Assembly (NCBI GenBank): GCA_040773125.1
Contig: JAXGWV010000003.1
Coordinates: forward strand, 1 to 40,246
Source of the DNA: Candidatus Dojkabacteria bacterium
GTDB lineage: Bacteria; Patescibacteriota; Dojkabacteria; SC72
Reading direction: 5' to 3'
Length of the DNA: 40,246 nucleotides
In this document: piece after piece, positions 26,931-35,424 of the stretch
Layout of the letters: every line of letters begins with the position of its first letter
Position numbering within the stretch: the first letter of the stretch is position 1
Program-made: the position numbers and the translations under genes
Notes under the pieces: model-generated
The model's database searches: none
What the model saw: the letters and a program-made list of their open reading frames with translations, nothing else
Told to the model about the DNA's origin: nothing

Positions 26931-29378
26931 ATGTTAAATGGAGATACAAAAAGAAAAATAAAAAATGCAAGAGATATTCTAGTAGGGAAGATTCCTGTTC
27001 CTACAGCACAAGTAGAACAGATTACTCTTGCACTTATGTATAAGTTCATGAGTGATATGGATGAACAAGCCAAGAAGTTAGGAGATAAGACTAGCTTCTT
27101 TATGGGAGAGTATGAAAAATATTCATGGGATAAGATAACAGACACCTCTTTGTCAGCATATGATAGGGTGGCTTTGTATTCTGAAGGATTAGAGAAGATG
27201 AATAACAATCCCAATGTACCACAGCTGTTTAGAGACATATTTAAAGGGGCTTTCTTGCCCTTTAAAGACCCAGAAACATTAAAGCTGTTCTTAGACCAGA
27301 TAAATGAAATTGAGTATACTCAAAGTGAAGATTTAGGTGATGCATATGAGTACTTATTATCTGTAATGGGCTCTCAGGGCGATGCAGGGCAATTCAGGAC
27401 CCCTAGACACATCATAGACTTCATAGTAGATATTGTAGATCCTAAGAAGGAGGACAAGATACTAGATCCTGCCTGTGGTACTGCTGGATTCCTTATCTCT
27501 GCATTCAAACATATTCTAAAACACAATACCACTAAAGATTCTAAGATTCTGGGAGATGCACTTTCTCCTATGGATAGAAGAAACTTAACAAAGAATTTTG
27601 TAGGCTATGATATTTCTCCTGAGATGAGAAGATTATCATTGGTGAATATGTATTTACATCAGTTCCCAGACCCACAGGTATATGAATATGATACCTTAAC
27701 TAGTACAGATCATTGGGATGAAGATTTTGATTGTATATTAGCTAATCCTCCTTTTATGACTCCTAAAGGTGGTATAAGACCTCACAAGAGATTTGCAATA
27801 CAGGCAAATAGGTCAGAAGTCTTATTTGTAGATTATATAATGGAACATCTTAGTACTTCTGGCAAAGCAGGTATTATTGTTCCAGAGGGTATTATTTTTC
27901 AATCTTCTAATGCATACAAGAATTTAAGAAAGTTACTTGTAGAAGATAATTATCTTTGGGGTGTAGTATCACTTCCTCAGGGAGTATTTAACCCATATGC
28001 GGGTGTTAAGACTAGTGTATTACTTTTAGACAAGAATATTGCCAAGAAGACTGATAATATCTTGTTTGTAAATGTGGAAAATGATGGTTTTGATTTAGGT
28101 GCACAGAGAAAGGAGAATGGGAAGAATGATTTACCTAAGATTTTAGATGGTTTGAAGAAGTACAAGAAATGGATATTGAATGATGAAGAAATCAAGGAAG
28201 ACGAATTATTTAATACCCAAATCATTGGAAAAAGTAGGATTAAGGAGAGTGGAGATTACAATTTAAATGGTTATAGGTATCAAAATAGCGAAAGAGGTAT
28301 TTATGTGAAGGGAAAATGGGAGAGTGTCTTGTTAAGAGATATTCTTGAAGATGTGAGATATACTCACAAGATCAAAAAAAGTGAGTATCTACCAGAGGGG
28401 GAATATCCAATAATTGATCAATCAAGTAATTTTATAGCAGGCTACTGTGATAATAAAGATTTTCTTTACAATGTAACCAAACCAGTTGTTATATTTGGTG
28501 ATCATACTAGAGAGCTTAAGTATGTTGATTTTGATTTTGTATTAGGTGCTGATGGTGTAAAGATTCTTCAATTTAAAGAAGTTGCTTCAGCAAAGTATTT
28601 ATACTATGTGCTAAAAAACACTCCAATCAAGAGTTTGGGTTATTCCCGTCATTTCAAGGAATTAGTCAGGTTAGAAATTCCTCTTCCCCCAATAGAAGAA
28701 CAAAAGAAAATAGTAGAAGAACTTGATAGATACCAAAGGGTTATAGATGGAGCAAGAATGGTTATAGATAATTGGAAGCCTGAGATAGAGATAAACCCAG
28801 AGTGGAAAATAATTAAATTAAAAGAGGTATGTGCACTTGTAAGGGGAGTAACTTATTCAAAGGATGATGAAGTTGAGAATGGAGGTAAAATAGTGCTTAG
28901 GGCAAACAATATTGATTTAATGGGGGGGCTTAATCTTACTGACTTAAAATATATTAAGAAAGAGCTAAAAGAAACTCAGAAGCTCAAAAAGGGAGATATA
29001 TTTATTTGTATGTCTAGTGGAAGTAAATCTCATATAGGCAAAGTTGCTTTCATAGACAATGATACAGACTATTATCTTGGAGGATTTATGGGTTGTGTAA
29101 GAGCATATGATAATATAAATGCAAAATATCTTTATTACATACTGAATTCACAGGCATTCAACAAATATTTAAGAGATCAGATTAGTGGTGTGAATATAAA
29201 TAATATAAATCAGGGAATTTTTTATAATTTTGGCATACCTCTTCCTTCTATAGAGGAACAAGAGGATATTGTAGAGAAGTTATCCAAGCTGGAAGATTCC
29301 GTTTCAAAGAATAAAGAGATAATCAATTTCTTTGAAAAGAAATCTGCAGATGTAATTTCAAAAATTTTCAATGGTTAA
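26931..29378 (+). CDS. hsdM: Fused type I N6-adenine methyltransferase and specificity subunit (HsdM-HsdS)
   Basis: GQFRTP, DPACGTAGFL, ANPPF, then two TRDs each ending in IPLP(P/S)IEEQ..IV. Confidence 0.92.
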   Translation: MLNGDTKRKIKNARDILVGKIPVPTAQVEQITLALMYKFMSDMDEQAKKLGDKTSFFMGEYEKYSWDKITDTSLSAYDRVALYSEGLEKMNNNPNVPQLFRDIFKGAFLPFKDPETLKLFLDQINEIEYTQSEDLGDAYEYLLSVMGSQGDAGQFRTPRHIIDFIVDIVDPKKEDKILDPACGTAGFLISAFKHILKHNTTKDSKILGDALSPMDRRNLTKNFVGYDISPEMRRLSLVNMYLHQFPDPQVYEYDTLTSTDHWDEDFDCILANPPFMTPKGGIRPHKRFAIQANRSEVLFVDYIMEHLSTSGKAGIIVPEGIIFQSSNAYKNLRKLLVEDNYLWGVVSLPQGVFNPYAGVKTSVLLLDKNIAKKTDNILFVNVENDGFDLGAQRKENGKNDLPKILDGLKKYKKWILNDEEIKEDELFNTQIIGKSRIKESGDYNLNGYRYQNSERGIYVKGKWESVLLRDILEDVRYTHKIKKSEYLPEGEYPIIDQSSNFIAGYCDNKDFLYNVTKPVVIFGDHTRELKYVDFDFVLGADGVKILQFKEVASAKYLYYVLKNTPIKSLGYSRHFKELVRLEIPLPPIEEQKKIVEELDRYQRVIDGARMVIDNWKPEIEINPEWKIIKLKEVCALVRGVTYSKDDEVENGGKIVLRANNIDLMGGLNLTDLKYIKKELKETQKLKKGDIFICMSSGSKSHIGKVAFIDNDTDYYLGGFMGCVRAYDNINAKYLYYILNSQAFNKYLRDQISGVNINNINQGIFYNFGIPLPSIEEQEDIVEKLSKLEDSVSKNKEIINFFEKKSADVISKIFNG

Positions 29379-30024
29379 AAATATACAAAAGCAAAAAACA
29401 TTAAAAGATTTTATTAAAGAGACAACATTTAAACCTGACTCTACAAGAGATGATAATTCCTTCTTTAGTGCATATTATGGACCGAAACCATATGGAGAAT
29501 CTTTAGATGATATTTTCAAAATAATTAGAGATATTTATGATAACAATAAGAAACCAGATGACTTATTTTGGGACTTTACTACAAACATTTTACATACATA
29601 TATGGAGTTTGAAGATCACATTGCTTTAAAGATTTCATCAATAGAGAAATACTTTGATCCAGACCCTCCTCTAAGTGCTATATTAGAGTTAGAATCTTCA
29701 ATTTCCCCAATTTACTATACAGGAAGTAAATGTGCCAAATATCTACTTGCAAACTCAGGAGGCAAACTAACGAATGATGATATAGAGTTTCTAGCAAAAT
29801 ACAAAGGGACAAGAAATAAGATTTTTGAACACAACTTAGATCCAGAGGAATATCCTTTTGTGGTAAGGGTCTTTCATTTTTCAGTATTTTCAACAGACTC
29901 AGAATTAGAGATAGAGTTGATTAACTCTAAAAATGAAAAAGAAGAAAGAGGTTTTATTGACTATTATGATGATAATTACAAGTTAATAGAAATTTGTATT
30001 AGATATTTGAAGTCAATTAAGTAA
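29371..30024 (+). CDS. Hypothetical protein with HEPN-like RxxxxxH motif
   Basis: RNKIFEH at residues 148-154; start overlaps the hsdMS end. Confidence 0.6.
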   Translation: MVKNIQKQKTLKDFIKETTFKPDSTRDDNSFFSAYYGPKPYGESLDDIFKIIRDIYDNNKKPDDLFWDFTTNILHTYMEFEDHIALKISSIEKYFDPDPPLSAILELESSISPIYYTGSKCAKYLLANSGGKLTNDDIEFLAKYKGTRNKIFEHNLDPEEYPFVVRVFHFSVFSTDSELEIELINSKNEKEERGFIDYYDDNYKLIEICIRYLKSIK

Positions 30025-30083
30025 GAAAAATACCTAAAAAACTAGGGAAAAACTTGGAAAAACATTGATATTTTTAACAAAAA

Positions 30084-30296
30084 ATGGCAAAAACATACAC
30101 AAATCTAAAGAAAAACCAATCAACATCTGAACTAAGGAAATTCATATCCTCTATCATAGACATAGCTACTAGACCACAAATATTCTCTCAATGGATTAAA
30201 GAAAAGAAGTCCTGGAGACACATTCTTAATGTACCTGAAAAGATAAAAGTAAGAGAGGAATTTGAAATAAAGAAGATTCCAAAAGAAGAAAAATAG
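30084..30296 (+). CDS. Small basic protein upstream of the recombinase
   Basis: 70-aa Lys-rich ORF; position only. Confidence 0.5.
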   Translation: MAKTYTNLKKNQSTSELRKFISSIIDIATRPQIFSQWIKEKKSWRHILNVPEKIKVREEFEIKKIPKEEK

Positions 30297-30324
30297 TTTT
30301 TCGGCGCTTATAGGGGATTGAAAC
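30296..30324 (+). repeat. Solitary CRISPR-repeat-like sequence
   Basis: GTTTTTCGGCGCTTATAGGGGATTGAAAC: GTTT start and ATTGAAAC end; single copy. Confidence 0.4.
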
Positions 30325-30365
30325 AACAACATTCTTTAGCATAAAAATAGCTAAAAACAACAAAA

Positions 30366-31952
30366 ATGGAACAAAATACCTCAAAAATTAAAGTATTTGC
30401 ATACCTTAGAAAATCTACTAAGCAAGAGAGAGAAGGTACACCTGAGAAACAACCCAACTCCCTTAACTATCAAAGAAGAGTAGTTAAAGAGATTGCAGAG
30501 AGGAACAATCTAAAGATTGTTAACCAATTTGAGGATAAAGAGTCAGGATACAAAGCATATGTAAGGAAAGACTTTAATAGAATGTGTGAGCTACTAGATG
30601 AACAGGGCTCAGAAGGTGAAATTAAAGGTATAGTTTGTAGTGAACACAACAGATTAGCAAGAAACTTTGGAGATGGAGGCAGGATACTCTGGTATTTACA
30701 GAATGGAGAGATAGAAGCTGTGTATACCCATGACAAAATATTCTCTAACAGTAGCAGTGATCAAATGATGTTGGCTATTAATTTTGCAATGGCTAAGAAC
30801 TCTAGTGATGAAACAAGCTATAGAATGAAGCAAACATGGAAGAGTAAAGCTATTGCAGGAATGCCACCAAACCAAAGAATAGTTGGATATAAATATGTTG
30901 GAAACAAAGGTCAGAAAGTATGGGTTAAAGACCCCAAAACAGCCCCATTGATTGTAAAAGTATTTGAAACATATGCAACTGGAGAATATACGATAGAAGA
31001 GTTGGCAAAATATGCTGCTTCAATAGGACTTGTTAATAAAAGAAATGATAATAAACCATATGGAGAAAATACAGTAAGAGAATGGTTATCAAAGAAAGAA
31101 TATATTTGTATCTTTGAGTATGAAGGGGAAAGACATAAAGGAATGTATCCTAGGATGATAAGTGATGATTTATTCTACAAAGTTCAAGATGTTCTTCTAC
31201 TTAGATCTCATAAGAGGGGAAAAACCAAAAACATGTATGCATACTCTCCTAAACTTATTAAGTGTGGTAAGTGTGGTGAATATATGACAGGAGACATTCA
31301 AAAGGGAATAGTGTATTACAAATGTCCTCACAGAAAGGAGCCATGTAAGAGTAATCCTAATGAAAGGCTTCCTCACCTTAAAGAAACTTTTGTTGATGAA
31401 AGTATTATGAAGAAGTTAAAACAGATAGAAATATCAGAAGAGAAATGGAAAGAACTCTCTGCATTAGTTAAAGCAAATTATCAATATGAGGTAGCTCAAC
31501 ACGAGGAGGATATTAGAGAGATGAGAACTAAGATAGGTTATGAAGAAGGTTTTAAGAAACAGTATTCAAAAGCTATATCAGAGCTAAGGATTAAAGGTAC
31601 ATTGACTAAGGAAGAAGAAGAGGAATTGAAAGGCTATCAAGATTTAATATTAGATTGTAACAAAACTATTGAGTTGTATCAGGAAGCAATAATCAAAGCT
31701 AAGGAAATTATGAATGAGATTCCATTTGAAATGGAAGGGTTCCTAGAGTCTTTGAAGGTAGCTAGTGCAAGATTTAACCAAGGTACACCTGCTAATAAAA
31801 GGGTGATTGTAGAGACCCTTTGTGCGAACTTAATATGGGATGGTAAAAATATTGTCTGGAATTGGAAAAACAAGTATAAGAAACTAATAAATCAGGAAGA
31901 AGACATAGATTGGCTCCGCGACCAGGACTCGAACCTGGAACCAAACGGTTAA
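30366..31952 (+). CDS. Large serine recombinase (resolvase + recombinase + zinc ribbon + coiled coil)
   Basis: YLRKST catalytic motif, ESG, NRLARN, CGKCG...YYKC..C; last 13 codons (WLRDQDSNLEPNG) are antisense tRNA. Confidence 0.93.
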   Translation: MEQNTSKIKVFAYLRKSTKQEREGTPEKQPNSLNYQRRVVKEIAERNNLKIVNQFEDKESGYKAYVRKDFNRMCELLDEQGSEGEIKGIVCSEHNRLARNFGDGGRILWYLQNGEIEAVYTHDKIFSNSSSDQMMLAINFAMAKNSSDETSYRMKQTWKSKAIAGMPPNQRIVGYKYVGNKGQKVWVKDPKTAPLIVKVFETYATGEYTIEELAKYAASIGLVNKRNDNKPYGENTVREWLSKKEYICIFEYEGERHKGMYPRMISDDLFYKVQDVLLLRSHKRGKTKNMYAYSPKLIKCGKCGEYMTGDIQKGIVYYKCPHRKEPCKSNPNERLPHLKETFVDESIMKKLKQIEISEEKWKELSALVKANYQYEVAQHEEDIREMRTKIGYEEGFKKQYSKAISELRIKGTLTKEEEEELKGYQDLILDCNKTIELYQEAIIKAKEIMNEIPFEMEGFLESLKVASARFNQGTPANKRVIVETLCANLIWDGKNIVWNWKNKYKKLINQEEDIDWLRDQDSNLEPNG

Positions 31953-31985
31953 CAGCCGTTCGCTCTACCATTGAGCTATCGCGGA
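31911..31985 (-). tRNA. tRNA-Asn (GUU) with CCA
   Basis: TCCGCGA...AACGG-CTGTTAA-CCGTT...CCAGG-TTCGAGT-CCTGG-TCGCGGA-G-CCA; TATAAT upstream at 31998-32003. Confidence 0.97.
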
Positions 31986-32018
31986 TTAGCTGGGTCTATT
32001 ATATCCATCTCCTCTTCA

Positions 32019-32492
32019 TTATTCAATATCTTCATCTTCAAGATCATCATAGTATCTGAAATCAAAGAAATCTTTTAGGTCTTCAAATGATCTACGACTA
32101 TCACATGGGAAGAGTGTATATATAATGGAATTGCCCTCTCCTATCTCAAATTGCTCACAGTATGGCACAGATTCCTCATCTATTGTTTGATGCATTTTGA
32201 TAGAGTGTTTAATCTGGTTGATAATACCCTTTGTTAATTGTAAGTCATAGACAGGAATCCTCTCTTCGTTGTTTCTTGCTCTAGTTTGGATATTTCCTAA
32301 AAGTCCATCGACTAGTAGATATCTAGCTGTAGGAGTAATCCTTCCATATTGTCTGAATTTTTCTATATAAATAAATGAACCATCTGGAAGTTTCTTTCGT
32401 TCAAAAAATCGTTCATATCCCTTTAGGAGTTCAGCTGGAGAGTATGACTCTCCGTCACCATCTTCATAATCATCCTCATATTCGATTGGCAT
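32019..32492 (-). CDS. Acidic hypothetical protein
   Basis: 157-aa ORF with no recognised motif. Confidence 0.6.
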   Translation of the reverse strand: MPIEYEDDYEDGDGESYSPAELLKGYERFFERKKLPDGSFIYIEKFRQYGRITPTARYLLVDGLLGNIQTRARNNEERIPVYDLQLTKGIINQIKHSIKMHQTIDEESVPYCEQFEIGEGNSIIYTLFPCDSRRSFEDLKDFFDFRYYDDLEDEDIE

Positions 32493-32581
32493 ACTTTTAC
32501 GATATATTACAATTTAATGGTATACACTTTTTGAAGTATCGTATACAATATATCATATATAACTTTAGAGTGGGTATTGAT

Positions 32582-33151
32582 ATGAAGAAAGAAGAAATTA
32601 GATTCACTTTTCTGGGAATGGATTCAAGTGATGCTCTTAAGGAATATGCTTTAAGTAAGATATCCAAGAGGGAAGATTTAATTGAGAAGCTATTAAACTT
32701 AGAAGTAGCATTTAAAGAGCATAAGGCAAGTAGAGGAGTTAAAAACGATTTTAGAGTAGATATATCAGTTGATTTACCTGAGACACCAATTAGAGTTACT
32801 GAAAGAGGGGAGGATATGTATGCAAATATCGATTTAGCAGTAGATACTCTTGTGAGAAGGCTTACAAGGTATTTTGAGATGAGAGAGAGTTGGGGAGGTA
32901 GTAAAGAATGGGAAGTGATGGATGTTGAGGGGAAGGAGGAGGAGAGTTTTGATGAATATACTAACTATGTTCCAAAGATAGCTAAGAGAAAGAAGATAAA
33001 GGATATGTCTCCATTAGAGGAGGGAGAAGCTATTGAGAGAATGGAGATGCTTGGGTATGATTCCTTCCTTTTTAGGAGTAAGAAGACAGACAAGATATCT
33101 TTGGTCTACAAAAGAAAAGATGGCTCATACGGAATTGTAGAGCCATCTTAA
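32582..33151 (+). CDS. hpf: Long ribosome hibernation promoting factor (HPF/RaiA)
   Basis: SDALKEYA..K, DMYANIDLAVD, EAIERMEMLGYD, VYKRKDGSYG; true start ATG 32582. Confidence 0.92.
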   Translation: MKKEEIRFTFLGMDSSDALKEYALSKISKREDLIEKLLNLEVAFKEHKASRGVKNDFRVDISVDLPETPIRVTERGEDMYANIDLAVDTLVRRLTRYFEMRESWGGSKEWEVMDVEGKEEESFDEYTNYVPKIAKRKKIKDMSPLEEGEAIERMEMLGYDSFLFRSKKTDKISLVYKRKDGSYGIVEPS

Positions 33152-33169
33152 AAATCTAATTTACTTAAC

Positions 33170-33985
33170 TTACTTGCTTACAAGGTTAAACAAAGTTGTT
33201 AAGAATCCATACTTAGGTTTTGCAATACTATTGTTCTGAATACTGTATTCAGATTTCTTGTTAGTTAACCATTCACTCTGTACTGTTTGAACCTCATTAA
33301 TGATATATTGCTCCTTTGTTTCATCCTTGTATTTTTCATAATCAAGTTGCTCACCCTCTGCTAATGCTGCACTCTCTTGAGGGAAGATAACACTTGAGTA
33401 TTGATTGAAGAATTCCTTGATATCATCCTCAGTATATTCAATACTTGGACCAATTACCTTAGTATAGAGAAGCTGTATTCTTATTTGATCTTTAAGTTCT
33501 TCCTCAGCTAAATTACTTGCTTTCAATGCTGATTCATACGCTTCTTGACCACCAATTCTTTCAATTATTTTATCTAGTTGAGTCTTAATCTCATCATCTG
33601 TAACTTCAATATCAGCTTTCTCTGCTTCTAATTCAATAATAGCATCATTTATCATTGTGTCAGCAACAGATACACCATAGGAACTCTCAAGATTTTTATG
33701 CCATTCAGCCTTAGAGATTCTCTTGTTGTTTACCTTAGCTACACTGTAATCATTGTTAAGGTATTGGACACCTAAATCTACCAATGCAATTAATCCTATA
33801 ATTGCAACTACAAAGCCAAATATTTTTAATATTTGTTTATATATTGGACTCTTGAAATCAGGTTTTTTAACCACTATCTTAGGAAGACTCTTTTTAACAA
33901 CTGTCTTCTTAGCAGGTGCCTTCTTTTGAGTAGTATTCTTTAGGGTAGTTTTTTTTGTTTTGACAATCTTTTTAGTTCTTGCCAT
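33170..33985 (-). CDS. SurA-N/PrsA-like membrane-anchored chaperone
   Basis: TM helix then VAKVN..IS, IEVTDDEI, TEDDIKEFF; no parvulin domain apparent. Confidence 0.75.
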   Translation of the reverse strand: MARTKKIVKTKKTTLKNTTQKKAPAKKTVVKKSLPKIVVKKPDFKSPIYKQILKIFGFVVAIIGLIALVDLGVQYLNNDYSVAKVNNKRISKAEWHKNLESSYGVSVADTMINDAIIELEAEKADIEVTDDEIKTQLDKIIERIGGQEAYESALKASNLAEEELKDQIRIQLLYTKVIGPSIEYTEDDIKEFFNQYSSVIFPQESAALAEGEQLDYEKYKDETKEQYIINEVQTVQSEWLTNKKSEYSIQNNSIAKPKYGFLTTLFNLVSK

Positions 33986-34067
33986 GAAATTGATTAAAAT
34001 AAATTAGATTATATTATCTTGTAGTTTATCAGATATTGGAGAAAGAATAAAGTGTATTAGAAAATTC

Positions 34068-35417
34068 CTAAATTGGTTGCAAATGTACATATAATGACTT
34101 ATTACCATCATCATGTTGAAGATAGGCCCAGGTAGCACCATATTGATCAATATAATAATTAACTATTCCACTTGTTGAGGAATAAACCCGTGCGCCCTCA
34201 CCATTGAGATAAGCCAAATTCCAATCAGTTAGTCCAGCATTCTTCCTAGTAGTTAATATGTTGTCTACTATTGGGCAGAGACCGTAAGGAACTGTATATC
34301 TCTCCCATGATTGATTCCCCTGGGCTTTGCTAACCATATCCAAAGCGTAATGTCCTCCCCAATAATCATTTGTAACTTGACCACTAACTAAGGGTGCTGA
34401 ATATCTTCCACTTGTAACAAACTGTCCGTACCCTGTACCGTATAGGTATCCGTTTGCAGAGGGCTCAATAACTACATTCCAAGTATTTCGTAATTGATAA
34501 TGAAGGTGAGAACCAAAAGAACACCCTGTATGACCCTGGAATCCAATAAATTCGCCCTTTGCAACTCTTCTTCCGTTTTTAAAATAGCCCTGTTCTGCAA
34601 GTCGAATAATTAATTCTGCAGTCGCTTTTTCAGACTCGCTAAGGGCCGTAGAAATCTGTTTTAATTCTGCAAGATATGTTGCTTCTCGTCTTTTTGATTG
34701 TGCAAGTAAATTAGCTTGTTCAACTTTTTGTCCATCAAGTTCGGTTTTTGCCAATTCATATTCTTTCCTTTCTTCTTCAAGGGCAAGCTTTTTTAATTCA
34801 ATTTCATCTTTATCCTCAAGTAATAACCCTTCTTCCCTTGCTAAATCAGACACGGTCTTTGTATATTGTTCAAGGGCAATCTTATCCATAGATCGGGTTG
34901 TTGCCAAATACTTGCTTTTTCTAAGAATCGAAGAAAAGTTTTTAAGATCTAAAAACAATTCTAATTGATTGATAAAGGAGTACTTATACGATTCAGTTAT
35001 TCTTTGATTTACTGATGAGCTGAGGGCATTTATTTCTTGCTTAAGAAGAGAGATATTATCTTCCTTCTTGTTTATCTCTTCTTCAAGAATTCTTATTGAC
35101 AAATCATTAGCTGAGATTTCTATTTGGAGGGACTTTATTAAAGATTCGTTTTGTGAAATTAATTGCTGTATATACTTGATTTTTTCGTTTAGAGAAAGTT
35201 GCTGATACTCCTCATCTTTAAGTTTTTTAGTGAGATTTTTTTCTTGATTCTGAAGATTTGCTTCTTGATTTTTGTAGTACTCGTAGCATTCTAAAAGAGT
35301 CATCCCGGCAGGACATTGGGCCTCAGCAAATACTTTAAGTCCTTCATTCTGGAAAAGAAACAAACAAGACAAAATTACTGTAAATAGACCAATAAAGGTT
35401 AAAACTGCTTTTTTCAT
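34068..35417 (-). CDS. Coiled-coil M23 peptidase (EnvC/CwlO-like FtsEX partner)
   Basis: Signal peptide, long coiled coil, IGFQGHTG..GSHLHY, HYALD, YVHL. Confidence 0.85.
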   Translation of the reverse strand: MKKAVLTFIGLFTVILSCLFLFQNEGLKVFAEAQCPAGMTLLECYEYYKNQEANLQNQEKNLTKKLKDEEYQQLSLNEKIKYIQQLISQNESLIKSLQIEISANDLSIRILEEEINKKEDNISLLKQEINALSSSVNQRITESYKYSFINQLELFLDLKNFSSILRKSKYLATTRSMDKIALEQYTKTVSDLAREEGLLLEDKDEIELKKLALEEERKEYELAKTELDGQKVEQANLLAQSKRREATYLAELKQISTALSESEKATAELIIRLAEQGYFKNGRRVAKGEFIGFQGHTGCSFGSHLHYQLRNTWNVVIEPSANGYLYGTGYGQFVTSGRYSAPLVSGQVTNDYWGGHYALDMVSKAQGNQSWERYTVPYGLCPIVDNILTTRKNAGLTDWNLAYLNGEGARVYSSTSGIVNYYIDQYGATWAYLQHDDGNKSLYVHLQPI

Positions 35418-35424
35418 CTTTCCA

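Larger units (their letters stand above)
23079..31917. mobile_element. Defence island integrated at the tRNA-Asn 3' end by a large serine recombinase
   Basis: CTCC core at both ends, recombinase ORF runs into the tRNA, cargo of restriction and nuclease genes. Confidence 0.85.

Noticed and set aside
30296-30365. True CRISPR array
   Set aside because: Only one repeat-like copy, no spacers, no cas genes.
32375-32581. N-terminal extension of HPF in the ORF track
   Set aside because: Overlaps the divergent 32019-32492 gene and the intergenic region; HPF similarity starts at ATG 32582.
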